Below, piece after piece: positions 24,555 through 38,379 of a stretch of DNA of 64,000 bases. The stretch's first letter is position 1. Each line of letters begins with the position of its first letter. The notes below the pieces were generated by a model. It worked only from the letters and a program-made list of their open reading frames with translations. It ran no database searches and was not told the DNA's origin. The DNA is from Mobula birostris (Eukaryota), in the NCBI RefSeq assembly GCF_030028105.1, contig NC_092384.1, positions 17,367,629 to 17,431,628 on the forward strand, written 5' to 3'. The translations under genes were made by a program, and so were the position numbers.

Positions 24555-26500
24555 TTAATTTGCCCTTCCCCAATTAAAAACGTTACTGTCCTGTCTGATT
24601 CTATCCTTTTCCATGATAATGCTAAAGGCCAGGGAGAGGTGTTCACTGTCCCCCAGATCCTCACCCACTGAGAGATCTGTGACCTGACCCGGTTCATTAC
24701 CTACAACTAGATCTAGCATGGCATCCCCACTAGTCGGCCTGTCCACATACTGTGACAGGAATCCGTCCTGGACACACTTAAAAAACTCTGCCCCATCCTA
24801 GCCCTTGGAACTAAACAGGTGCCAATCAATATTAGGGAAGTTAAATTCACCCATGATAACAACCCTGTTATTTTTGCACCTTTCCAAAATCTGCCTCCCA
24901 ATCTGCTCCTCCGTATCTCCGCTGCTACCAGGGGGCCTGTAGTATACCCCCAATAGAGTAACTGCTCCCTTCCTGCTCCTGACTTCCACCCATACTGAAT
25001 CAAAAGAGGATCCTGCTACATTAGCCACCCTTTCTATAGCTGTAATAGTATCCATGACCAGTAATGCCACAACTCCTCCCCTTTTTCCGCCCTCTCTATC
25101 CCTTTTAAAGCACTGAAATCCAGGAATATTGAGAATCCATTCCTGCCCTGGTGCCAGCCGAGTCTCTGTAATGGCTACTATATCATAATTCAATGTATGT
25201 ATCCAAACTCTCTGTTCATCACCTTTGTTCCTGTCATGGTCCGGTCCGTGAAGTCCGTATTACGGTTCACGGTCCGGTCCAGGGACCCTTGCTCCAGGTT
25301 TTCCTGTCTACCCTGTTTCTGTTCTTGTTGAGCTCGAATTGAGTCAGCCGGTGCTCGTTAGGGCTGGCTGCATAAATACCTTCAGAGAATGGGGCGTGGT
25401 GCTGGATTGTTCTTGTCCTTACTCCTTGTATCCCTTCCCCTGCCTTCTGTTTCCTGGCCCGAAGCCCTGCCTTGTCTTGCCGGTAATTCTAGCCTCGCCT
25501 GAAGTTCTCGTCTCGCCTTGCATTACCTGAAGCCTTGCCTTGTCTTGCTGGTAACTCTTGCCTCGTCTCGCCTGCAGTCTTGCCCTGGAGCCACCCAGTA
25601 CCTAGCTCTCTTCCTGTCCCTTGCCTCCGCCCAGGTAAGCCAGGCTGCCTTGCCGTTACCTGCGGTTTGTTCTGTCCCTTGCCTCCGTCGGATAAGCCAG
25701 GCCGTATTGCCGTTACCTACGGTTGGTTCTGTCCCTTCCCGTCCCTTGCCTCTGTCGGGTAAGCCAGGCCGTCTTGCCGTTACCCACTGTTGTTTCTGTC
25801 CCTTCCTGTCCCTTGCCGCCGTCGTATGGAGTACCGCACCCTGCCCAGCAGTACCGCGCCCTACCCAGATGAACCGCACCCTGCCCAGCTGTACCGCGCC
25901 CAGCCCAGGTGTACGCCCTGCCCAGGTTTACCGTGCCCTGCCCAGGAGGATCCTGCCTAGCCTCAACCCTGAAGACTCCAGCCTCCTGCCTAGCTTCAAA
26001 CCTGAATAGTCCAGCCTCCTGCCTAGCCGCAAGCCTGAAGACTCCAGCCACATGCCTCCTGCCAAGCATCGCCTCCAGCCTCCTGCCTCCTGCCAAGCCT
26101 CGCCTCCAGCCTCCTGCCTCCTGCAGATCCTCGCCTCTAGCCTCAAGCGTGAAGACTCCAGCCTCCTGCCTCCTGCCAAGCCTCGCCTCTAGCCTGAAGA
26201 CTCCAGCCTCGTCCTGCCTGCCAGCCTAGCCTCGTCCTTGCCTAGTGCTGGGGTCCGAGCCAGAGGCAAGACCCAGGTACTGGGTCCTTGTCCAGTCTCT
26301 AGCTCGGAGTCCAAGCCCGGGCTCCTAGCTCTCTTGTCCAGTCCTGCTCCCGTTTCCTGTTTTTCCTGTCCATGTCCTTGTCATCGCCCTGTATCCTAGT
26401 CCTGTCCCTAGTACTTCAGTGTCTGTGTCTTGCACTTGGGTCCGTTCCCAGCCACCTCCCTATGACAGTTCCTGAATATCCAAGCTCTCAGTTCAGCATC
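24555..26500 (-). mobile_element. CR1 endonuclease-region fragment interrupted by a solo LTR
   Basis: YDIVAITETRL..REGGKRGGVVALL..GVYYRPP..MGEFNFPNIDW; LDLVVGNEPGQV. Confidence 0.85.
25232..26467 (+). mobile_element. Solo LTR (Gypsy-type) with internal tandem repeats
   Basis: TGTCATGG...TATGACA. Perfect 5-bp TSD GTTCC. TATA-like ataaata at 25372-25378. Confidence 0.9.
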
Positions 26501-27033
26501 TTTTTTTGCAAGTATACTCGATTCCATTGCAGGTTATGCACTGCTGCATAGATCTTCATTGCGGATCGGGGTTTAAACTGTCTATAATATTGCAAAAACC
26601 ATTTCAACAAAACGAGACTTCGTTACATTTTTACCTTGCCTACTGTCCGTCTGTTCAAGTGTAACATACATTACAAATTGATTTGTGCCATACTGCACTT
26701 CCCCATTTTCTAATACACTGTGACTCAGATTTGTATTTAATTATTCGCCTTGCGAAAAATGATTAGCAACTTAACTTCCATTATTAAATGTTACCTTTCA
26801 CCTTCCAATGCAAGCTGTTATAACTGATGTGGAAACTTGAAAGGATACAGGAAGCAGATTCAACGGGAACATTAGAATAAATCTTAGAGATATACTTGAA
26901 AATAGAGATTTGACAGGGAGAATAAATCTTATTTTCCCTACTCCGTTCCAAAGTATTATGGAATAAAATACATTCATAATATCTTTGATATGCGAATATC
27001 CCGCTCTTAAACAGGACGAGTCTCTTCACCTAC

Positions 27034-27077
27034 TGGGTCTTCCTTCTGACATCCCACCACAGAATTTGATTTAGCCC
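27034..27077 (-). pseudogene. Paralog of the 44-nt cytoplasmic exon (copy 2), with no adjacent TM exon
   Basis: tttgttttccgtag|GG GCT...GAC CCA|gtaggt encodes (G)AKSNSVVGCQKEDP. Flanks 26505-27345 are homologous to 58100-58960. Confidence 0.65.
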
Positions 27078-27414
27078 CTACGGAAAACAAATTTAGAAGA
27101 AGTGATTTGCATTGTTTGAACATTATTTGAAAAATTGAACATTTTTCGTTTAATACCAATCGAATTAATCGTCGAAGTGGACTGCTGAAGGTACGGATCT
27201 TTCAGAAAGCATTTGGTTGTAACTAATATATTGTGTTCTGCACTAACCTGGTACGATGGTCAAAAGGCTTTGTCTTTCAGCGAAGCTGTAAAGTCACAAT
27301 AGCATATCAGTGGCAATACCGCATTTAAAAATGGTAACCAAAATTGAAATTAGTTATTTAATTAAATTAATTAAATGGATTTGGATTCTCTTTTGGAGGA
27401 CTCTCGAGTTCATG

Positions 27415-29314
27415 TTACATCTTTTTCAGTTTCCTCGTTATGCCATTTTTGTTGCTATTTTGCACGGTTTTGATGGAGCACCTCGATGCGAATTGGTTCT
27501 GCGGATTGGTTCTGCGAATTTAAGAACGAGACTGGTTTGAACAGTAAGTACATTCCCTCGTAATTTACACGTCTCGGTACCATACGTGATTTTGGATTCT
27601 GAACGTTGTTGAAACTGCACAAGGGAAAGGACGTATGATCGAGCAGTAGGCCTATTATTTCAGCTATTTTATTCTAATTTAAATGCTTGATAATCAGGAG
27701 GTTGTATACATTTTATGAAATAAAGCATAATAATATGAAAACTTCATAAATTTATTCTAGCGATAGAGTGCAGTCTGTATTTATTTTACAAAGTCGACCC
27801 CATATTACTTAGGTTCCTCACTCGCTGCTCTGGCCAGCTCGCACGAAGAACTCGGCGACAAGCAACAGTAAGTGTTGTCTCTGATAGAAAAAGGATTCCG
27901 GATATAGGATGTTAATCACAATAAAGAGAGAGCCTAGAGTTGATTCCGTACGTTATTCAGTTTAATGATGATGGTAACACAGAGATTCGGGAAGTATTGC
28001 GACAAAATCTATAAAAGGGTGCATCGAGGAAGCCTCAACTGATTGACTGCAGTTCCGAGGCTCCATTTTCATGCAATCAGCCCAAACGGAACTGGGGTAA
28101 TGCTGCTATTTCAAACATCTCTTAAATTTCCACAAAGTAAAAGGAAGACAATAGGAGAATCCTTCGGAGGTAATATTTTACCAGATACAGACCAAAATAA
28201 AAACATTGGAATGACTATCACACACCATGTGTCTGACCTGGCAGCATCGTTACCCGATCTTACACTGACAATACTGAATATACTTCAAGGCATCGTGGCT
28301 GGCGGTTAACTATGCTGAGCTTCCTGCGAAAGGAGTCAAGTCTCTGATTACCATGTCGATCGCCTCCACATTTTGAGCAGTGAAGTATCCGGAATTGCCA
28401 CGAATCGGCGGGGACCTTATGCTGCTTTCATTGACGCTTTATCGCCATCATTGAATTGCATCTCCTGCCAGAACAGAAATAAAATGGTGTATGCGCTTCG
28501 AGCGTGAAGTTGTTCATAGTAACACATACTATGTCCATTGGATCCCACTGGATGTAATTAAGGTCTGGTTCTTGAGGAGTTTGTTCGGGAGATGATGAAT
28601 CAATTCCGGGCTGCCATTTGTTTGCTACGAACAGAGTCAAGATTCTGATTACCGTGCCAATCCCCACGCCATTTTACCCAGTTATGCACCCGGAATTCCC
28701 ACGAGTCGTTGGAATGTTAAGCTACTTTCATAGACATTTTGTCGCCATCATTGAATTCCATCTTCTGTCCTCTGGGAATTGAAATCGTTCATAGTAACCT
28801 ATAGTTTGTCCATTGGATCCAGCTGAATGTCATCGAGGTGGGGAATTTGAGGTCGGGCTGGAAGTGGACACCCACATTGCTGATCTTATCCTGCTGTGGG
28901 TCATGATGAATTGTAAGAGAAAATTCAAATGAAAGACAGCTCTACTTCACCTTTCAGGTCATTTAAGTTGTATAATCTAGAAATGTCACTGTGGCTACAG
29001 CGGCTGCAGTAGATAAGTTTTCTACAGAGACTGGGGAGGCTGAATTTCAAATGTTTAACTTCTCGATATATAAGTACCAAAGATGACAGTACTGTGACTT
29101 ATCCCCCATGAACCACTGTTTGTTCTCCATTAGAATGTTCTTCATGGCGTGTAGGAATGGAACAGTAACTTGGACCGATCTCTGAGCACTTAAAAAAGTT
29201 GGCTGAAAAAATTGCCTCGTTTGAGCACTTGTAAGATGACATTAATTGGAAATGCTTTAGAGATAGTCCCTGTATCTCTGTAGTTTCACCGGCATAGATT
29301 TTCTTCATTGTTAA
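27415..29314 (-). pseudogene. Orphan cassette of small cytoplasmic-tail-like exons, copy 2
   Basis: Candidate exons: 29181-29105 (IGPSYCSIPTRHEEHSNGEQTVVHG), ..PDLNYIQW at 28562-28545, an exon ending 28254 (GG|gtaacg), 27880-27809 (DNTYCCLSPSSSCELARAASEEP), 27614-27569 and 27498-27415 (NQFASRCSIKT...stop). Confidence 0.55.
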
Positions 29315-29429
29315 CTGGCGTGGAAAAGCACATGCAAGTCTAAGAAAATTTGTGTTTTTAAGTATTTACTTTATCGGTTTATGAATTCACATGACTGAAT
29401 ATTTCTGATAACGTCAGAAAAATCAAGAT

Positions 29430-31913
29430 AGAACATGGAACATAGAACATAGAGTAGTACAGCACAGTACAGGCCCTTCGGCTCACAATGTTGTGCCGAC
29501 ACTCAAACTCTGCCTCCCATATAAGCCCCCACCTTAGATTCCTCCATATACCTGTCTAGTAGACTTTTAAACTTCACTAGTGTATCTGCCTCCACCACTG
29601 ACTCAGGCAGTGCATTCCACGCACCAACCACTCTCTGAGTAAAAAACCTTCCTCTAATATCCCCCTTGAACTTCCCACCCCTTACCTTAAAGCCATGTCC
29701 TCTTGTATTGAACAGTGGTGCCCTGGGGAAGAGGCGCTGGCTATCCACTCTATCTATTCCTCTTATTAACTTGTACACCTCTATCACGTCTCCTTTCATC
29801 CTCCTTCTCTCCAAAGAGTAAAGCCCTAGCTCCCTTAATCTCTGATCATAATGTATACATTCTAAACCAGGCAGCATCCTGGTAAATCTCCTCTGTACCC
29901 TTTCCAATGCTTCCACATCCTTCCTATAGTGAGGTGACCAGAACTGGAGACAGTACTCCAAGTGTGGCCTAACCAGAGTTTTATAGAGCTGCATCATTAC
30001 ATCGCGACTCTTAACCTCTATCCCTCGACTTATGAAAGATAACACCCCATAGGCTTTCTTAACTACCCTATACACCTGTGAGGCAACTCTCAGGGATCTG
30101 TGGACATGTACCCCGAAATCTCTCTGCTCCTCCACACTACCAAGTATCCTGCCTTTTACTTTGTACTCTACCTTGGAGTTTGTCCTTCCAAAGTGTATCA
30201 CTTCACACTTCTCCGGGTTGAACTCCATCTGTCACTTCTCAGCCCACTTCTGCATCCTATCAATGTCTCTCGGCAATCTTTGACAATTCTCTACACTATC
30301 TACAACACCACCAACCTTTATGTCGTCTGCAAACTTGCCAACCCACCCTTCTGTCCCAGAACAGATCATTGTGGGACACCACTAGTTACAATCCTCCAAT
30401 CTGAATGCACTCCCTCCAGCACCACCCTCTGCCTTCTGCAGGCAAGCCAATTCTGAATCCACCTGGCTAAACTTCCCTGGATCCCATGCCTTCTAACTTT
30501 CTGAATAATCCTACCGTGTGGAACCTTGTCAAATGCCTTACTAAAATCCATATAGATCACATCCACTGCACTGCCGTTATCTATATACCTGGTCACCTCC
30601 TCAAAGAACTCTATCAGGCTTGTTAGACACGAACTGCCCTTCACAAAGCCATGCTGACTGTCCCTGATCAGACCATGATTCTCTAAATGCCTATAGATTC
30701 TATCTCTAAGAATCTTTTCCAACAGCTTTCCCACCACAAACGTAAGGCTCACTGGTCTATAATTACCCGGACTATTCCTACTACCCTTTTTGAACAAGGG
30801 AACAACATTCGCCTCCCTCCAATCCTCCGGTACCATTCCCGTGGACAACGAGGACATAAAGATCCTAGCCACAGGCTCAGCAATCTCTTCTCTCGCCTCG
30901 TGGAGCAGCCTGGAGAATATTCCCTCAGGCCTCGTGGACTTATCTGTCCTAATTTATTTTAGCAACTCCAACACCCCCTCTCACTTAATATCAGCATGCT
31001 CCAGAACATCAACCTTACTCATATTGTCCTCACCATCATCAAGTTCCCTCTCATTGGTGAATACCGAAGAGAAGTATTCATTGAGGACCTCGCTCACTTC
31101 CACAGCCTCCAGGCACATCTTCCCACCTTTATCTCTAATTGGTCCTACCTTCACTCCTGTCATCCTTTTTTTCTTCACATAATTGAAGAATGCCTTGGGG
31201 TTTTCCTTTATCCTACTCGCCAAGGCCTTCTCATGCCCTCTTCTTGCTCTTCTCAGCCCCTTCTTAAGCTCCTTTCTTGCTTCCCTATATTCCTCAATAG
31301 ACCCATCTGATCCTTGCTTCCTAAACCTCATGTATGCTTACTAGATTTTCCTCCTCACTTGTTGCCCATGGTTCCTTTACCCTACCATTCTTTATCTTCC
31401 TCACCGGGACAAATTTATCCCTTACATCCCGCAAGAGATCTCTAAACATCGACCACATGTCCATAGTACATTTCCCTGCAAAAACATCATCCCAATTCAC
31501 ACCCACAAGTTCTAGCCTTATAGCCTCATAATTTGCCTTTCCCCAATTAAAAATTTTCCTGTCCTCTTTGATTCTGTCCTTTTCCTTGATAATTATAAAG
31601 TCCAGGGAGCGGTGGTCACTGTCCCCCAGATGCTCACCCACTGAGAGATCTGTGACCTGACCCGGTTCATTACCTAGTACTAGATCTACTATGGCATTCC
31701 CCCGGTTGGCCTGTCCACATACTATGACAGGAATCCATCCTGGACACACTTAACAAATTCTTCCCCATCTAAATCCTTGTAACTAATCAGGTGCCAATCA
31801 ATATTAGGGAAGTTAAAGTCACCCATGATAACAACCCTGTTATTTTTGCACCTTTCCAAAATCTGCCTCCCAATCTGCTCCTCTGTATCTCTGCTGCTAC
31901 CAGATGTTTCCAA
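29430..31913 (-). mobile_element. 5'-truncated CR1 LINE (ORF2 RT and 3' tail)
   Basis: ORFs 29503-30228 and 30366-30872 with NYRPVSLT..YMDFSKAFDKVPH..SGVPQ. catagaa-type tail. Splits block B copy 2. Confidence 0.92.
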
Positions 31914-33459
31914 CTGTTAAGCATGGCTCTCGTTAGGTCTACTGACTGTGAATCTAGATTTCTAAAGTGTGAGACGCTTTGTTCCACTGCACGAGGTAAT
32001 CCATTTTAACGTTGCGCCTTTAAATGTCTCTGCCTTCATTGAAAAAACATATTCCAAAATATTTATAGCATTGTCTTTCTATAAGAGAACAGCACATCAA
32101 CAGGCCATGCTAGCCACAATGCTGCTCCAAACCAGCTAAAAAGCAAACCAAAACACCCAAACACTAATCGCACCCAGCTAAGTAATTTCTATATTCCATC
32201 AGTTTCCTTATATCCAGGTGCCTATCCAAGCTTTTATTAAAAAACCCTGTTGTTCTTGCTGCTACCACCATGGCTTTCCAAGCATCCACGACTCTCTGAG
32301 TAAAAAAGCGTTCCTCTCACATCTCCTTTCAACCCACCTCCTCTAACCTTCAGTTTCATTTCACCTTTCAATCTTGGGCAACAGATACTCTCTGTGCACT
32401 ATCTATGCCTCTCTTATTCATGTAAACCTCTCGCAGATCCGACGCCCGAAAGAGAAAAAAAACAAGTTTATCCAGCTTCTCGTGATAGTATAAACATTTC
32501 TCTGAATTTTCGTTATTCTTTTGCTGAGAAAATATGAAGCTGTGTTGGACTGAAAAATTAATGCTGCCGTTTGATACCGTTGGGCAGCAGTGACAGGCAT
32601 ATCCCTGCAGGCTCGGTTCCATCGGCTGAGAGAGAAATCGTCTTAACACTTCAAGTTGATTGTTTTTCACTCGGCCATGAACAGCAATGATTCGTATTTT
32701 CCCCTGTTTGGAGAAAGGTCCTGACGGGCGAAGGCTTCCTCATGCTTTTTGCTTAACTTCGGCTCACAAACATCCACAATACGGTTTTCCATTAATTACA
32801 CTGCTTTCCATTAACCACCTAATATGATATTCGATAAACGCATAGAGGCATGATCCTCCTTCCCCTTTCAATTGTCTTTAAATGCATGGTGCAAATATTT
32901 TGATTAAAAAGCAACTCTCGACATTGTCTCATCATGCCATTTTTGTACCTGTTCCTTACCCCATTAACACTGCTTTTAATATAAGATGTATGAGTACAGC
33001 ACAGGAATAGGACCTTCGACAAGGCAGTTTGTCGCGAAAACGATGTCAAATTAAACTGAATCTTTGCTAGCTGATTATGCTCTATATCCCATAATTCACT
33101 ACACATTCGAGTGTCCATTCATAAGTCTCTTTCCTACAGTATCTTCTTCTGCTATTACCTTCTTTAATATACAAGGATGTTCGTTCAATTCCTGCGAATA
33201 AGTGCGTCTAGATCCCGGCTCTGCTATATTTTATGCGAATTGAAATTTTTTGTAACAATTTGGTACGTGTTTCTCCGAGTCCGTATGAAGAAAATTTATA
33301 TCGTTTAAATGAATGGGCAGGACTTTCAACTAACTCTCAAATGCATTTTCTCCCTCGTCTTAGTCTGGAACACGTTAAAGTCATCAAATGAAAATCTAGT
33401 TCTCAGTGCCCTGAAGCGGATATTTCATGTAATCTATGAATTCTGTTATGACTTGCACC

Positions 33460-34090
33460 ATCTAGAAAATTACACGGCTTCCAGGAAGGAGCTCAAGAAT
33501 AAAATTAGGAGAGATAGAGGGAGGCATGAGAACGCTTTCGCAAGCAGGATTAAGTAAAATCTCTAGGCATTCTACAAGTATGTGAAGAGCAGGAGGTTGA
33601 ATCGTGAGGGAATGGGACCAATCAGGAGTGAGAGTGGAAACAAGTGCATGGAGCCGGAGGAGATAGCGGAGGTACTTAATGAATTATTTGTTTCAGAATT
33701 TGCCAGTAAAAAGGACCTTGGCAATTGTGGGGATGACTTACAGCGGACTGGAACGCCTGAGTGTATAGACATTAAGAAAGAGGATGTGCTGGAGGTTTTG
33801 AAAGGTATTATGAATAGGGACGCCAGAAATACCGGAGAATTCGAAGGTTGCAAATGTCCTTTCCTTCTTGGAAAAAGTGAGTAGAGATAACCCAGGAAAT
33901 TAAAGACCAGTGAATCCTACTTCGGGGTGGTCCAGTTGTTGGAGAGGATCCTCAGAGGCAAAGTCTGTGAGCATTTGGAGTGACATGATTTGATTAGGGA
34001 CAGTCAGCATTGCTTTGGCTTCGTCAAGGCCAGGGCATGCTTTACGAACCTGATTTGAGGATGTAACAAAACACATTGATGAAGGTAGAA
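33460..34090 (+). mobile_element. CR1 ORF2 fragment
   Basis: GPIRSESGNKCMEPEEIAEVLNELFVSEF; cagcattgctttg..atgctttacgaacctgatt. Confidence 0.75.
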
Positions 34091-34489
34091 TTGAGTCGAA
34101 TTGAATTGAATTGAATTTAGTATTTAAATACAGGCGTATTTCCGTCTAAACGTGCAAAGTGTAATTCATACCAATTTATAATAAATAGTATGTACAACAG
34201 GCTAGTCAATAGAACATAGAACGACAGTTGTGTCAACATGAGTTAAGCAGTTTGATGACCTGGTGGAAGAAGCTGTACTGGAGCCATTTGGTCCCGGCTT
34301 TTATGCTGCGGTACTGTGTCTCCGATGGCAGCAGTTTGTGCCAAAGCTTTCTTTACGACACTATTTATCTCTGACGCCACTTTCAACAAATTATGCAGCT
34401 GTATTCCCAGATCACTTTGTTCTATCACACTCCCCAATGCCCTGCCATTCACCGTGTAAGAGCTACTCTGGTTGGCCCCACCGAAATGC

Positions 34490-37400
34490 AACATATAACC
34501 ATATAACAATTACAGCACGGAAACAGGCCATCTCGGTCCTTCTAGTCCGTGCCGAACTCTTACCCTCATCTAGTCCCACCGGCCTGCACTCAGCTCATAA
34601 CCCTCCATTTCCTTCCTGTCCATATATCTATCCAAATTAACTTTAAATGACAACATCGAACTTGCCTCAACCACTTCTGCTGGAAGCTGGTTCCACACAG
34701 CCACCACTCTCTGAGTAAAGGAGTTCCCCCTCACGTTACCCCTAAACTTTTGCCCTTTAACTCTCAACTCATGTCCTCTTGTTTGAATCTCCCCCATTCT
34801 CAATGGAAAAACCTTATCCAGGTCAATTCTATCAACCTCCCTCATAATTTTAAACACCTCTATCAAGACCCCCCTCAACCTTCTATGTTTCAAAGAATAA
34901 AGACCTAACTTGTTCAACCTTTCTCTGTAACTTAGGAGATGAAATCCAGGCAACATTTTCGTAAACCTCCTCTGTACTGACTCAATTTTAGTGATATCTT
35001 TCCTATAATTCGGTGACCAGAACCGTACACAATACTCCAAATTTGGCCTTACCAATGCCAACATTACATCCCAACTCCTATACTCAGTGCTCCGATTAAT
35101 AAAGGCCAGCATACCAAAAGCTTTCTTCACCACCCTATCCGCATGAGATTGCACCTTCAGGGAACTATGCACCATTATTCCTAGATCCCTCTGTTCTACA
35201 GCATTCTTCAATGACCTACCATTTACCATGTATGCCCTATTTTGATTAGTCCTACCAAAATATAGCACCTCACATTTTTCAGCATTAAACTCTATCTGCC
35301 ATCTTTTAGCGCACTCATCTAACTGGCCTAAATCTCTCTGCAAGCTTTGGAAACCTACTTCATTATCCACAACGTCACCTATCTTAGCATTAACTGCATA
35401 CTTACTAATCCAATTTACCGCCCCATCATCCAGATCATTAATATATATATGACATACAACATCGGACCTAGTACAGATCCCTGAGGCACACTGCTATACA
35501 CCGTCCTCCAATCTGACACACAGTTATCCACCACCACTCTCTGGCGTCTCCCGTCTAGCCACTGCTGAATCCATTTTACTACTCGATATTAATGCCTAAT
35601 GATTGAACCTTCCAAACTAACCTTCCGCGTGGAACCTTGTCAAAGGCCTTACTGAAGTCCATATAGACAACATCCACCGCTTTACCCTTGTCAACTTTCT
35701 TCGTAACCTCATCAAAAGATTCAGTAAGATTTGTCCAACATGACCTTCCACGCACAAATCCATGTTGACTGTTCCTAATCTGACCCTGTCTATCCAGATA
35801 ATTATATATACCACCTCTACGAATACTTTCCACCAATGTACCCACCACTGACGTCAAACTCACAGGCCGACAATTGCTAGGTTTACTCGTAGAACCGTTT
35901 TTAAACAATGGAACCACATGAGCAATGCGCCAATCCCCGGCACCATCTCCGTTTCTAATTACATTTGAAATATTTCTGTCAAAATCTACCCCATCTCTTT
36001 TGGCTCCGCGCATAGCCGTCCACTCTGATTCTCTAAAGGACCAATTTTATCCCTCACTATCCTTTTGCTATTAGCATAACTGTAGAAACCTTTTGGATTT
36101 ATTTTCACATTACTTGCCAAAGCAGCCTCATATCTCCTTTTAGCTTTTCTAATTTCTTTCTTAAGATTCTTTTTACATTCTTTATATTCCTCGAGCACCT
36201 CATTAACTCCAAGCTGCCTATATTTATTGAAGATCCCTCTCTTTTTCTGAACCAAAGTTACAATATCCCTTGAGAACCATGGCTCTGTCATGGTCCGGAT
36301 CGGGGTCTCCTAAGATTTACTTTGTTTATGCTACGATCATGACCGTTGACTCCTGTTTACCTTTGGTTCCCTGTTTTCCCGTGTCCCTCGGCCTTGGTGA
36401 TTAGAGGCAATTTACTCTTGGCTGAACCGGTAGTTTATAGTCTCCGACTTTCAGCTGTTCGTGGCGAGAGCGTCTGCAGAATCACCAAAGGTACAGCGTG
36501 CCAATGTCATCTGGCCGGAACAAGCCAAGTCTCTGCCCGAAGCGAGTGCCGGTAATTCGCCTTTCCTCACTGGAGCACCCCTGTCAAGTTACCTCGCCAA
36601 AGCGAGCCTGTAAAGTTTCCTCACCGAGGTGGGTCCGTCAGGTAACCCGCCGGAGGGAATCAAGAACCGCTGTCAACTGTTCTCTGACCGAGTCCAGAGC
36701 GCGCCACTACGCTGAGGCTCCAAGTCAAGTCCTGGCTCCGGGGGCATTCAAGTACCGATTCAAGTCCCCTCTTGCAGCATCCACGTACCGAGTCAAGTTC
36801 CGTCCCTGGCGGCATCCACCTACCGAGTCAAGTCCCGTATCTGGAGGCATCGAAGTTCCGAGTCAAGTCCGGGCTCTGGCGACATCCAAGTTCCGAGTCA
36901 AGTCCTGGACCTGGCGGCTTCCCAGTTCTGAGTCAAGTCCTGGCCCTGGTGGTCTGTGATCCCTGTCCTACCCCCTGTCTGAATCCCTTCTCTGCCCCTC
37001 TCGCCTCCAGCCCTCGTCTGCAGCCCTCGCCTGCACCTCGGTCTAGTTCTATCGCTGGAGCTAGATAGGTACTGTCTGGTATTCTTTCGTGTTCGTCTTG
37101 TCTTGTCCTCGCCTCCGTGGGGTAAGTCAGGAAGTCTTGCCGATGCCCCGCGGGGGGTCATGTCTTGTCATGTCTTGTTCTCGCCTCCGTGGGGTAAGTC
37201 AGTCGGTCTTCCCGTTGAGTCATGAGTTCCGGCACTATGTCCTGTACCCAAGGATGCGTCCTGACTCTGTGTTCTTTGTATGTGTTCATGATTCCATGTA
37301 CCTGCTCTCCCGAGACCGAGGCTCTGTTTTTCCATGTTCCACCTCTCCCTAGCCCATGTCATGTTCATGCCTGGTTCTGGGGTCCGAACCCGAGGCATGA

Positions 37401-37910
37401 CCCAGGGACTGGGTCCTTGACCCGTCCCTGGCTCGGAGTCCATACCGTAGCTTCTTCACGTCGCCTCTAGTTCTGGGATCCTTTTCCGAATCCTACCCCA
37501 GACACTCGTCCCAGCCTAGTCGTATTCCTGAGTCCTTGTCCAGTTCGCTATTCCTGCTTCTGCTTTGCTCTCCTGGTATCAAACAATAAACTCAATTTAC
37601 TTAACCTCACAAGATGTGTCTTGCATTTGGGTCCACCCTTGCTGTCAATTTCCCCCATTGTGACAGGCTGTCTCAAACTTTTAACCTTTCCTTTCAACCT
37701 AACAGGAGCATACAGATCCTGCACCGTCAAAATTTCACCTTTATATGACCTCCATTTCTCTATTACATCTTTCCCATAAAACAAGTTGTCCCAATCCACT
37801 CCTTCTAAATCCTTTCGCATCTCCTCAAAGTTAGCTTTTCACCAATCAAAAATCTCAATCCTAGCTTCAGTCCTATCCTTCTCCATAATTATATTGAAAC
37901 TAATGGTATT
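34490..37910 (-). mobile_element. CR1 LINE ORF2 with (AACCATAT)n tail, interrupted by a solo LTR
   Basis: ORFs 34570-35370 and 35579-36013 (RPVSLTSVVG..YMDFSKAFDKVP). Confidence 0.9.
36286..37665 (+). mobile_element. Solo LTR (Gypsy-type)
   Basis: TGTCATGG...TGTGACA. TSD GGCTC/GGCTG (4/5). AATAAA near 37585. Confidence 0.85.
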
Positions 37911-38379
37911 GTGCTCATTACATTACATTTGATACTCGTCTACAGTGAATCGCAACTGCCATTTTCCGACTAATTTTTCCTGCTCACGCAGATCCCTCCG
38001 CAGCCAGGAAATCTTTCCTCGCTGTCCACTATATCCATAATGTTGTTGTAATCCGCAAATCTGCTGATCTAGTTATTGATATTATCACCCAGATCGAAAT
38101 ATGGATGACAGGCAGCAACGGACCCTGCGCAGATCCCTGCAGCATGCCTGATCAGAGAGGCAAATATACAATGTTATTTTTTGGCTTCTTCCACAAAGTC
38201 TATGACGAACCCAATTTACTACCTCAGCTTGAATGCCAAGCGAATGAACCTTCCCGACCAGCCTCCCATGCAGGCTTTTTCAAATGCCTTCATAAAGTCG
38301 ATGTTGACAACATGCGCTGACTTCTATGTCCGGTCCCTGGGAATATCTTCCAATAAATTTCCCCAACTGCTGTCAAGCT

